Shown here: in pieces, positions 9,453 through 18,997 of the stretch
Position numbering within the stretch: the stretch's first letter is position 1
How the letters are laid out: the number at the start of each line of letters is the position of its first letter
Assembly (NCBI RefSeq): GCF_000372725.1
Contig: NW_005201851.1
Location: 376,987 to 396,986 of the forward strand
DNA length: 20,000 nucleotides
Reading direction: 5' to 3'
Origin: Emiliania huxleyi CCMP1516
Lineage: Eukaryota
The notes under the pieces: generated by a model
Told to the model about the DNA's origin: nothing
The model's input: only the letters and a program-made list of their open reading frames with translations
Database searches by the model: none
Translations under genes and position numbers: made by a program

Positions 9453-12431
9453 ATGGCCAAAACATCGCGGTCCTGGTTTGCCGCGATCCTTTTCGCAGTC
9501 ACCGCTGTTCCGCATTTTGCTGCGGGCTCGCTCTCTACGGGTGATGTCATGGCACAGATTCAGGCTGCCGCCGTCGCTACTTTTGCAGCAGCGCCGCTGT
9601 CGACCACTACGTGTGGCCCGGGGCAAGCTGGCGAGGAGGGCGACTGCCGCCGCTGCCCAGTCGGAACGTGGAGCGATGCAGTCGGCTTGGCATCACGAGC
9701 AGACTGCACTCCTTGCCCGAGCGGATCCTTCTCTGACGTATTGGGTGCGATCAGCAACGACACTTGCACGCTTTGCCGCACGGGCATGTTCTCCAAGGAA
9801 GGCGCTGGCTACTGCGAGTTTTGCCCCGCCGGCTCTTCCTCTGAGCCGGGAGCCTCGGAATGCACGCCGTGTGGTCCTGGCCGAGCCGGCGAGGAGGGTG
9901 TCTGCCGCCGCTGCCCTGTCGGAACCTGGAGCGACGCAGTCGGTCTGACGTCGCGAGCAGACTGCTCTCCTTGCCCGAGCGGATCCTTCTCGGGCGTGCT
10001 CGGAGCGACGAGCGGCGACACTTGCTCCCCGTGTCGCGCTGGCATGTTCTCCAACGAAGGCGCCGGCTTCTGCGAGGCGTGCCCGATAGGCCTCTCGTCT
10101 GTCACAGGAGCCTCGGAGTGTACGCCGTGTGGCCCGGGGCAAGCTGGCGAGGAGGGCGACTGCCGCCGCTGCCCAGTCGGAACGTGGAGCGATGCAGTCG
10201 GCTTGGCATCACGAGCAGACTGCACTCCTTGCCCGAGCGGATCCTTCTCTGACGTATTGGGTGCGATCAGCAACGACACTTGCACGCTTTGTCGCACGGG
10301 CATGTTCTCCAAGGAAGGCGCTGGCTACTGCGAGTTTTGCCCCGCCGGCTCTTCCTCTGAGCCGGGAGCCTCGGAATGCACGCCGTGTGGCCCCGGCCGA
10401 GCCGGCGAGGAGGGTGTCTGCCGCCGCTGCCCTGTCGGAACCTGGAGCGACGCAGTCGGTCTGACGTCGCGAGCAGACTGCTCTCCTTGCCCGAGCGGAT
10501 CCTTCTCGGGCGTGCTCGGAGCGACGAGCGGCAACACTTGCTCCCCGTGTCGCGCTGGCATGTTCTCCAACGAAGGCGCCGGCTTCTGCGAGGCGTGCCC
10601 GATAGGCCTCTCGTCTGTCACAGGAGCCTCGGAGTGTACGCCGTGTGGCCCGGGGCAAGCTGGCGAGGAGGGCGACTGCCGCCGCTGCCCAGTCGGAACG
10701 TGGAGCGATGCAGTCGGCTTGGCATCACGAGCAGACTGCACTCCTTGCCCGAGCGGATCCTTCTCTGACGTATTGGGTGCGATCAGCAACGACACTTGCA
10801 CGCTTTGCCGCACGGGCATGTTCTCCAAGGAAGGCGCCGGTGCCTGCAACGCTTGCCCCGCCGGCTCTTCCTCTGAGCCGGGAGCCTCGGAATGCACGCC
10901 GTGTGGCCCCGGCCGAGCCGGCGAGGAGGGTGTCTGCCGCCGCTGCCCAGCCGGAACCTGGAGCGACGCAGTTAGCCTGACGTCGCGAGGAGACTGCTCT
11001 CCTTGCCCGAGCGGATCCTTCTCGGGCGTGCTCGGAGCGACCAGCTCTTCCATCTGCACCCCCTGCCCTGCTGGCTCATTTGCCGAAGATCGCGGCGCCG
11101 GCTTCTGCGAGGCGTGTCCTGCGGGTTCGTGGTCCTTTGGTGGCGCCTCGCAGTGCACCGACCTGCTGCTGCCGTGCGCTGCCATCGGTGCCGCACTTTA
11201 GGTCCCACCTCTCACCGGTCCCGCATCGAGTCTGCCGCGCTCCCCTGTAGTAGGCGCGTTGCTCGCCGCTGGGATCTGCTGGTTCGCACGGCGGGCGCAG
11301 CGGCATCGGCGACTCGCACTCGCTGCCGCAGTAAGGGAGCGCGACGAGGAGAGACATCGCGTGCGAGCGGCGATCCACGACGCCTCTTCGCTGCGATACC
11401 CCTTCTGCGTGATGCCCTTCTCCGCATTCGTCGCCTTTGGCCAACTGGTCCCCTTCGAGGAGGCGCGTGACAAGAAAGTGCTCACTTGCTGCGACACGTG
11501 GGACGCGGCGGCGCGCTTCGCCGCCAACCACCCTCTCATCTTCCTCTCGCACCAGTGGCTGTCGTACGTCTCGCCCGACCCGGACAACGCCCACTTTGAG
11601 CACATGGTTGGGGCAGTGAAGGCTCTGGCTGCGGAGCGATGCTTCGACGCCACCGACTGCTACATCTGGTGCGACTATCACTCAATCCCTCAGTGTAACG
11701 AGGCGACCAAGGCGCTGGCTGTCAGCTCCATTGCACTCTTCGCCGCCTGCACTTCCCACTTCGTGGCGTGTGTGCCCGAGACGCCACACGTCGACACGAC
11801 TCTTCTTTGCAACCAGGACACCTACTTGAGTCGGGGGTGGTGTCGCCTGGAGCAGTGGGCCTTTATGCTCGCTAACGGCACCGATGCGATGTTCTTCTGC
11901 GGCGCCGACTCAGGCGGTGGGCTGCAGCGCATTGAAGACGTCTCCTCCTGGATCGAGAAGAGCATCATGGTTTTCTGTGGGGCGTTCACGAACGATGGCG
12001 ACAAGGCGTTGCTCGTCGGCGTCGTGCTAGGCCTCTACGGCCTAGCGTATGTCTCCAAGCTGCAGCGGGCCAAGTCGGCCAAGAGCGCCGACGTGCTGTG
12101 GGACCAGCTGCAGAAGCATAAGGCGGCCATCTTCCCAGTCCAATTGTTTGGCGACCTCGTCGAGCTTCTCGAGACGGAACTGGCCGATGCAATGGCACAG
12201 GTGAGCGGTGAGAGAAGGCGCCAAAGCCACGCCCGGGGGTCGTTGGCCAAGAGCTCAGCTAGCAAGAGCAGCCGCACGACCAGGGCCGCGAGCCGTCTCA
12301 AGGCAAGCACGACGGAGTTTGATCTGTTCGACCGCCAGGGCTTCGAGGAGGTGCTGCAGGCGAGCGACCGGCTGTACAAGCAAGCCATGGAATCGCTCGG
12401 CAACCGAGCGGGGTCCTATCCAATACCGTAG
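9453..12431 (+). CDS. Type I membrane receptor: signal peptide, Cys-rich (GCC2_GCC3/ephrin-receptor-like, TNFR-like) repeats, TM helix, cytoplasmic HET/TIR-like domain
   Basis: Signal peptide MAKTSRSWFAAILFAVTAVPHFAAG, followed by CxxCPxG repeats. A GT-AG intron at 11188-11250 (or -11253) removes TAG 11199 and joins the TM LLLPCAAIVGALLAAGICWF to basic ARRAQRHRR. Cytoplasmic motifs: IFLSHQW, YIWCDYHSIPQ, YLSRGWCRLE. A probable in-frame intron lies at 12201-12302 (CAG|GTGAGC). Confidence 0.85.
9612..11160 (+). repeat. Higher-order coding tandem repeat: 3 x 516 bp, each made of two diverged 258-bp (86-aa) units
   Basis: Copies start at 9612, 10128 and 10644. Copies 1 and 2 differ at only a few bases; copy 3 diverges toward its end. 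Confidence 0.97.
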
Positions 12432-12954
12432 CATGAGATGTGGGAGATACGCATGTTGGCAGCATCTTGGCATGGAGTCCATGTCACTGTGCATCACGCA
12501 TGTGCATGTGCACGTGCACGTGCATGCATGTGCGTACTTTTAGCTCTCTCTCTCTGCATGTACACTGGTCGAGTGAGAGGTTGGCCGTGCGTACGAATTC
12601 CGGACGTGGGTGTCGTGTTCACTAGCTCCGAGTAGAGGGGGTGTTCTGGCAGTAGATGGGTGCGCCCTCTGTACGGGATTCACAGACCTTGCTTGTTAAG
12701 AAAAGAAAAAATTTGCCGCCCGCCCCTCTTGTGAAGGCCCTTGTGATCAACTTAAGTTCACGAAGAAATAACCGTGTCTACCTCGCCTCGATCGATATCG
12801 TTGTTCTGGCCGGGGTGCAGTGGCAAACAGGCTGCAAACTCTCCCACTGAAGTGTCTGAACGAGGTCACCTCTGAGCTCTGTGAAGCGTCTGTGCGGAGA
12901 ACAGAGAGAAGTAGAGTTACTGACAACTGAGTGTGTCCTCTCTCGCGCTCTTTC

Positions 12955-12974
12955 TAAATAAATAAATAAATAAA
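12955..12974. repeat. (TAAA)n short repeat
   Basis: Directly visible. Confidence 0.85.
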
Positions 12975-13991
12975 AACGGACACCTCTCTACTGTGAGATG
13001 GGTAAAAAGGAACAGGTCCCCGCCCGTGCGATCTTTGTGCAGGGTTCTTGGTGGGTGTGGTCGGCGACTAGCCGGGGTCGTCCTCCCGATGGGGGACTAG
13101 CACACTAGCCGTCTTCCACATTGGGTCTACCCTGCTCTCGTCTGCGCTAGTTTCTGTTTCGTCATCACCGGTGTCCCTCCTCTTCGTTCTCCTCTTCTTG
13201 TATGCTTTGTACATCGCGTCGATTCCTTTTCGAATGAGCACCACCCTGAAGCCCGCCCCCAGCAGCTGTGAACCGCTCAGGTTAAGTCGAAGGAGCATCA
13301 TCAGTCTCACCCACTTCGCTCGCTGCCCACTGTCTCCGCTCCCTCCCGCTTGAGCCGCCGTCGCGGCCCTCGTTCGTCCCACTGGCTGTATTGGCCCGTC
13401 CCTGCGTTGCCTCATGCCTGCGTTATCCCCTATATCCCTGCTGCGTGCTGGTGGTGGTGCGTGGTGTGCCTGGTGCTGGTGGTCCTCGCGCTCAGAGGCT
13501 CGCGCTCTCTCTCTCGTCACGCGTGTTTTTTTCGTTTACATGCATGCACCCTTTTCTCTTAACTCTACAACCTGCACAAACGTGTGTCGTTAACGCTCGC
13601 AGCAGTCTGAGACACGCGCTACTGCCTGTGTCGCACGCACACGCGGACTCGAGCACGCGCACGCGGACTCTCTCAAGCAAGGCATCCCCTGTCACAGGAC
13701 ACCGGTCGGGACACGCTCCAGACACAACCCGCGGCAGACAACACGGTGCGACCCCAGTACGAGCACCCGGCGACAGAGCAGCCCGCATCGACACCCGGGG
13801 CGCTCTCGGACACCAAAGGGGGGGAGGGGTGGCGCGGCTGGCGGCCTCAAGGCGCTGCGAGGCCGGCGGGGCGCTGTCGCCCTCGCGCGGCCTCTTTCTC
13901 TCTCTGTCTCTCTGTCTCTCTGTGTGTCTCTCCCCCCCCCACGACGGCACGCCCGCCGCAGCCGCGCCTTCGTCGCCCCGCCTCCCCCCTC

Positions 13992-15022
13992 TCACGAGGC
14001 TGGCACCGCCGGCGGCAGCCTCGCGTCCGAGGGCCTCCAGCCCTCGGAGCTGCCCTTGGCCTCCGGGGGAGGGAGGTCCTGCGCCTGGTCGCCAGACAGG
14101 CGGCGGAGGACGGTGACTGGGCCGGACGAGAGGCGCTGCAGGAAGGCGTTCAGCCGCGCGGTCGTCTCTGGGGACGCGTTCGCGAGCAGCGGCGAGTCGG
14201 CGACGGCGCGCACGAGCAGCTCGACTCCGTCGGCAGCCTGGCGGAGGGGCGGAGCGGGCGGGCTGTCTCTTGGGGCGGGCGGCGCATCTCTTGGGGGGCG
14301 GGGGGGGGGGGGGGCAAGTGGAACTTTGGTGTGGAACGAGCCCCTTCTTGGACGAGTACTCGACGGCCGACATGCGCTTCTTGGGGCCCTCGACGCCCTC
14401 GGCCACCTTTTTGACGTCTCCCTTGACCTCGGAAACCTCCTCGGCGAGGATGCCAACCTCCTTGGCCACCTCCGTCATCTTGTCCTTGAGCACCTCGATC
14501 TTCTCGACCAGCTCCACCTTGAGCTTGTCGAGATTCGCCTCGATCGACGCCTTGAGCTGGTTGAGCCCGGTCTTCATCTGCTCCGCGGAGACCCAGCCGA
14601 TCCTGGCGGCGGTGGCGGGAGGCGAAGCGGGTAGAGAAGCGAGGGAGGGTGTGCACGGGACGCTGCACTCCAGCTCCCGCCGCGGATGCGCGCCTGTTCC
14701 AGCCGTAAATGTACAGCGCGGCGGCGATGCCGGTGAGCGGAACACCGACGAGAAGCATGACGGTGCGCGAGCCAGCGGCGCCTTGAGCGGCAAGCTGACG
14801 GTCGAGCGACGCGACGGCTGCGGAGGTGGCTGCCACCGAAGCCGACAGCTGCGCCGCCTCAGCAGAGCGCGCGGTTGCATCGCCCGAGGAGAAGAGCGAC
14901 TTGAGCAGCGGAATCGGCGCGCCGAGGTCGCTCAGAAACGAGGAGCCAGACGAGCTGTCAGAGGAGGCGTAGGCGGCCGTTCCCGCGCCGCCGAGGCCCA
15001 GCAGCCGAAGGCGGGTTCCCAT
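13992..15022 (-). CDS. DUF1664-like membrane-anchored coiled-coil protein (about three exons)
   Basis: Exon 1: MGTRLRLLGLGGAG...VPLTGIAAALYIYGWNR. GC-AG intron at 14693-14603. Exon 2: IGWVSAEQMKTGLNQL, then a heptad coiled coil. Exon 3 from 14237: AADGVELLVRAV, matching the plant DUF1664 layout. The intron 2 donor and the 3' end are uncertain. Confidence 0.72.
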
Positions 15023-15793
15023 TCTCGAGGTTTGCTTCAAGCGCTCGATGATGCAGTCGCACCCGCGGCGGCCCGAGTGATCACCGAAAGAATTCTGCAA
15101 CAATGCCGTCTCACAGCAGACACTGGCACCCGGTCCTCCTCCCCCATCCCTCGTTTGGGCTGTCTGTTTTCTTTCTTTCTTTCTTTAGACACTGGCACGA
15201 ACCAGCACCACAAAAGGCACAGCAGACAACGGCCCCTTATGGGCCGTCGAAGAGGCCGTCATACTCCTCCGGCCTCGCCCCCCCTTCCCAACCCTCCCCT
15301 GGCTCAGGCTCCTCATCCTCGCGGCGCGCAGTGCGCACCCCGCCCCGCGAAGACGAACCCTTCCGCCGGCGTGCCTCGCGGGACTGCCGCCCGCTGCCGC
15401 CGCCCTTCCCCCCCTCCGCCGCCCGCGCCTTCTCCGCCGCCCGTGCGGCCTCCTCCACCTCCCCTCCGCCGCTAACAGCGCCTCCCTCCGCGTGACCCCT
15501 ATGGGCTTGTATCGCGCGCCTTGCGGGGGGGGCGCGGAAAAGAGGAACCTCTTCGCGTCATCGCCATGGTGCTGCAAGCAGCGCCGGGCGACGACGACTT
15601 ACCGCCTCCCGGTCCCCCTCGGCACACCTCCGCTGCTCAATGTTTGACGACTCGAACCCGTGAAGCTTCCCCGCGCGCCGGTTACCCCGCACACGGGTCA
15701 GCCTGCCAGCCACAAATCCACGCAAGCGTGGTCCGCGCGCATGGCATACAGGCGTCCGCCAGACGGCGCAGAGGCTAGGCGACCGGGGAAGGA

Positions 15794-16325
15794 CTAGCTC
15801 AAGGGCAACACAGCGTCACCAGCCGTTGGCGCGCAGAACGAGTCAGCGGCCCCCGGTTGGGACGAGTGCGCGACGCGGACGAACCGCTCAATGTGGCCGG
15901 CAGCTCGCGCTGCCGGCGGGGTTGGTTGGGGAGAACCGGCACGGGGAAGGCCGGCCTCCCCGGAGGGGTCGCCCCCTGGAGGGGCCCCAAAGGGCCCCCC
16001 GGGGGGGCGGGGGCCCCCGCCCCGAGGGGCGGGGGCGGGTCCTTCCGTGTCGCTCCCGTCGTCGGGATTGTCCGTCGGGATGGTGTTGTCCGCCCACTCG
16101 GTAGCGTTTGAGCCTCTGTCACCTTGCCTGCCGCGAGCAGCTAGCTCGTCGACGTAGTCGTTCCATTTGAGTTGCCGCTGTGACCCGCCACATGCCTCCA
16201 CGTCACGGTGTGTTTGGCGCGAAGGCGTCGCCAGAGGGAACGAAGGCGTTCCGCTAGCTGTCTGTTCGTTTTGGGGGTCACCCTCCCCATCATGCACGCC
16301 GCCGCGTACTCGCTATCAACACCTT
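15794..16325 (-). mobile_element. Retroelement relic: frameshifted, 5'-truncated RNase H1 domain plus Pro/Gly-rich linker
   Basis: VDSEYAA...KTNRQL...VTWRHVAGHSG in one frame continues as KWNDYVDELAARG in another (shift near 16165-16172). The N-terminal DG and E catalytic motifs are missing. Confidence 0.8.
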
Positions 16326-16439
16326 TGGGTGTCACACTGCAATGAATTATAAGAGGGGAAATTGGCGTAAGCGTCTGAAAGCAGTCTTGGGTGGTGCCGA
16401 GCTGGATGACCGGCCAATCCATAGGTTTTGGACCTTTTT

Positions 16440-16801
16440 TCAGTGTATGTAGCTCTTACGTACATTCCTTTTTTGTGTCCAAAAATAATGACTTTTTCAG
16501 TGTACGTACTTATAGCTTACTGGGAGAAAAGAGAGAGGGGGGTTGTGTTCTCTAGGCCCCTAAGGGCCCTACGCGCGGCGTGAGAGCTCGGAAGCGAGCT
16601 TTGCACGGCGATCGAGGATGGCACGGTTTACCCCCTTCACCGAAGCGATGGAGATGCGTTCCGCGTGGTGTGACACAAATGAGAGGCGGGAGTGGGGAGG
16701 GTACGCGGTGCGGTCAACGCCCGAGCGTTGAGCCTTGCGCGCAAGGCGGTTGATCTTTGCAACTGCTCTCTCTCAGTGTATGTAGCTCTTACGTACATTC
16801 C
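16440..16801. repeat. 29-bp exact direct repeat (16440-16468, 16773-16801)
   Basis: TCAGTGTATGTAGCTCTTACGTACATTCC occurs twice, with a partial third copy near 16493-16509. Confidence 0.9.
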
Positions 16802-17039
16802 CGTAGGAGACTCTGCTGACAGGGTTTGCGATGAGGAGCGACCCGAAGCGATAAAAGACAATACGACTACCGAAGGAAATCAATGCCAATCAATGAAAAG
16901 CCGACGGCCGGACGCAAAGGACGGACGACTTAGCCCCCCGGCGTCGGCCTCGTCTCCAACTCGGTGCGCGGCCCTTGTGATGGATCAGTGTAGCACTAGC
17001 CTATCTCGCGGGTCCAACAGCGCAGCCGCCGTTAGATCC

Positions 17040-17898
17040 AACCAGGTCGCCCTTGTCCTGCAGCAGCTGGCCGAGGTTGTTGATCGAGTTGAGTGTGTCC
17101 GGGTGCCGGTCGCCGAGCGTCTCTCGCCTCGCCTCCAGCGCCTCGCGGTGCAGCGCCTCCGCGCCAACCAGGTCGCCCTTGTCCTGCAGCAGCTGGCCGA
17201 GGTTGTTGATCGAGTTGAGTGTGTCCGGGTGCCGGTCCGAGCGTCTCTCGCTTTGCCTCCAGCGCCTCGCGGTACAGCGCCGTCCAGGTCGCCCTTCTTC
17301 TTCAGAAGCGCGCCGAGGTTGTTGTCTTGTTGATCGAGGCGAGCGTGCTCGGGTGCCAAACGCCGAGCGTCTCTCGCCTCGCCTCCAGCGCCTCGCGTAG
17401 CAGCGCCTCCGCGCCGTCCAGGTCGCCCTTGTTCATCAGCAGATTGCCGAGGTTATTGATCGAGCGGAGCGTGTCCTGGTGCCGGTCGCCGAGCGTCTCT
17501 CGCTTTGCCTCCAGCGCCTCGCGGTGCAGCGCCTCCGCGCCATCCAGGTCGCCCTTGTCCTGCAGCAGCTGGCCGAGGTTGTTGATCGAGATGAGCGTGT
17601 CCGTGTGCCGGTCCCCGAGCGTCTCTCGCCTCGCCTTCAGCGCCTCGCGGAACAGCGCCTCCGCGCCGTCCAGGTCGCCCTGACTCTTCAGCAGCGCACC
17701 GAGCTGGTTGATCAGCGCCGACGTCGCCCTCTCCGCCGCCTCCACCCGCTCCAGCGCCGCCCTCCCCTGCCCCGCCAGAGCCCCACGCAGCAACCCAAAC
17801 ACAGCCTTGTTGCACTCGGTCAGGCCAACCTCCCGCTCCAGCTCGCCCAGGATCTGCTCCGTGTCCTTCGGGTTGCGGCACTCCGCCTTGCGCACATC
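17040..17898 (-). pseudogene. Kinesin-light-chain-type (42-aa) TPR array gene fragment, disrupted
   Basis: 126-bp repeats encoding GDLDGAEALxREALEAxRETLGDRHxDTLxSINNLGxLL. An 8-nt insertion (17325-17332) leads to a stop at 17302, followed by an 8-nt deletion (~17280) and a 2-nt deletion (~17237). No recognisable 5' coding part beyond DVRKAEC. Confidence 0.85.
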
Positions 17899-18087
17899 CG
17901 TACGGCTCTACGGGACCCCGCGGGCCTCGTGTCGACTGCGTGTCGATCTCGTGGATTCGTGTGCCCCCTCACCGCTCTGGAGAGAGCTATACGCCGCTTT
18001 ACTCTTTAGCCTACTAGCAGACCTGGCGCGCACGCGCGCCGTATGCGATCTTTGTGCAGGGTACTTTGTGGGGACAAAGCTGGCAGG

Positions 18088-18174
18088 TATAGCCCCAGCC
18101 ACTCCGCTGTGAACACCGAGGGGCCTCGGTCTTGCTCTGTTCACACCGAGTAGCTGGGAGTGGCTGCGGCTATA
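18088..18174. other. Long imperfect stem-loop flanked by a 10-bp direct repeat
   Basis: Nested pairings TATAGCC/GGCTATA, CAGCCACTCC/GGAGTGGCTG, GTGAACA/TGTTCAC and CCGAG/CTCGG. GGGGACAAAG occurs at 18070-18079 and 18182-18191. Confidence 0.7.
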
Positions 18175-18997
18175 GCAGACAGGGGACAAAGGAGTTTTGA
18201 TCTACACATATCACTCTGAATCATCCCAGAGTGGTTCAATAACATGCCGCCTCTCGAGCGGAGCACTATCGCCACGTGCGCGGAAGTTGCGCTTGTAGTC
18301 GTCCCACTGCTCATTCTGCTCCTCAAGGCTGCCGGTGAGCTCCTTGCGTGTGTGCTCCCTATACCACCGCGCGCGGTGCCGATGATATGCTTTGTGCCCG
18401 TGCTCACCGAGGTCGTACTCGGAGCGCTCCGGTGGTTTGCCCTCGGTGACAGCCACGTCGGCTGGCGGATCGCGCGCCCACTCCGCAGCTGCTGCTGCTG
18501 CGGCGGCGGCGGCGGCGCCTTGACCTGGCGTGGCGACGGCACCTTGACCTGGGGGCTGTTTCGACTGCGCGCTTCAGAGTCGCATTCCAGGCCAGCACGG
18601 CGCAGCGCCCGCTCGTGTGCTCGCAACATCCTCCCACTTGGGCTCTGATCCACAAGTGCGGGAGACGCGGACACTTCTTGCTGCACGCGTCGACACGTGC
18701 TGCTGCTGCCGCCGCCGCCGCCGCCGCCGCTGCCGCCGCCGCCGCCGCCGTGTCGAGTCGGTCGCTGCTGCGGCGACGCGTGCAATGCGCTCGCCGTCAT
18801 GGTGCAGAGCCGCGTTGCATTTGGCAGTTCGCGAGAAAGGCCGACACAACTCTCGCGAAAGGCGGCGGCCCGTACGACGCGGAGAAATTCTTCATCGATT
18901 CCATTCTTCCTTCCAAAAAGAAACGACACGGTGCACGCTGGCCGAGCCGCTGGCCAGCGGTGGCAGCCCGCTGGCAGGCGGCGGAGTTCGCGAGTAG

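Noticed and set aside
11199..11201. Stop-codon readthrough or recoding joining the receptor ORFs
   Set aside because: A canonical GT-AG intron removes the TAG and gives a clean TM helix.
12490..12537. Alternating purine-pyrimidine (TGCA/CACG) tract
   Set aside because: Simple repeat in the 3' flank; Z-DNA potential only, with no further support.
15237..15577. Short minus-strand ORFs (EEAARAAEKARAAEGG...)
   Set aside because: Could be a terminal exon of a disrupted gene, but no motif or reliable start.
16330..16676. GTGTCACAC / GTGTGACAC as TIRs
   Set aside because: Only 9 bp and no TSD.
8591..16801. CRISPR-like interpretation of the direct repeats at 8591-8708 and 16440-16801
   Set aside because: Only two copies each, no spacer series, no cas genes, and a eukaryotic context.
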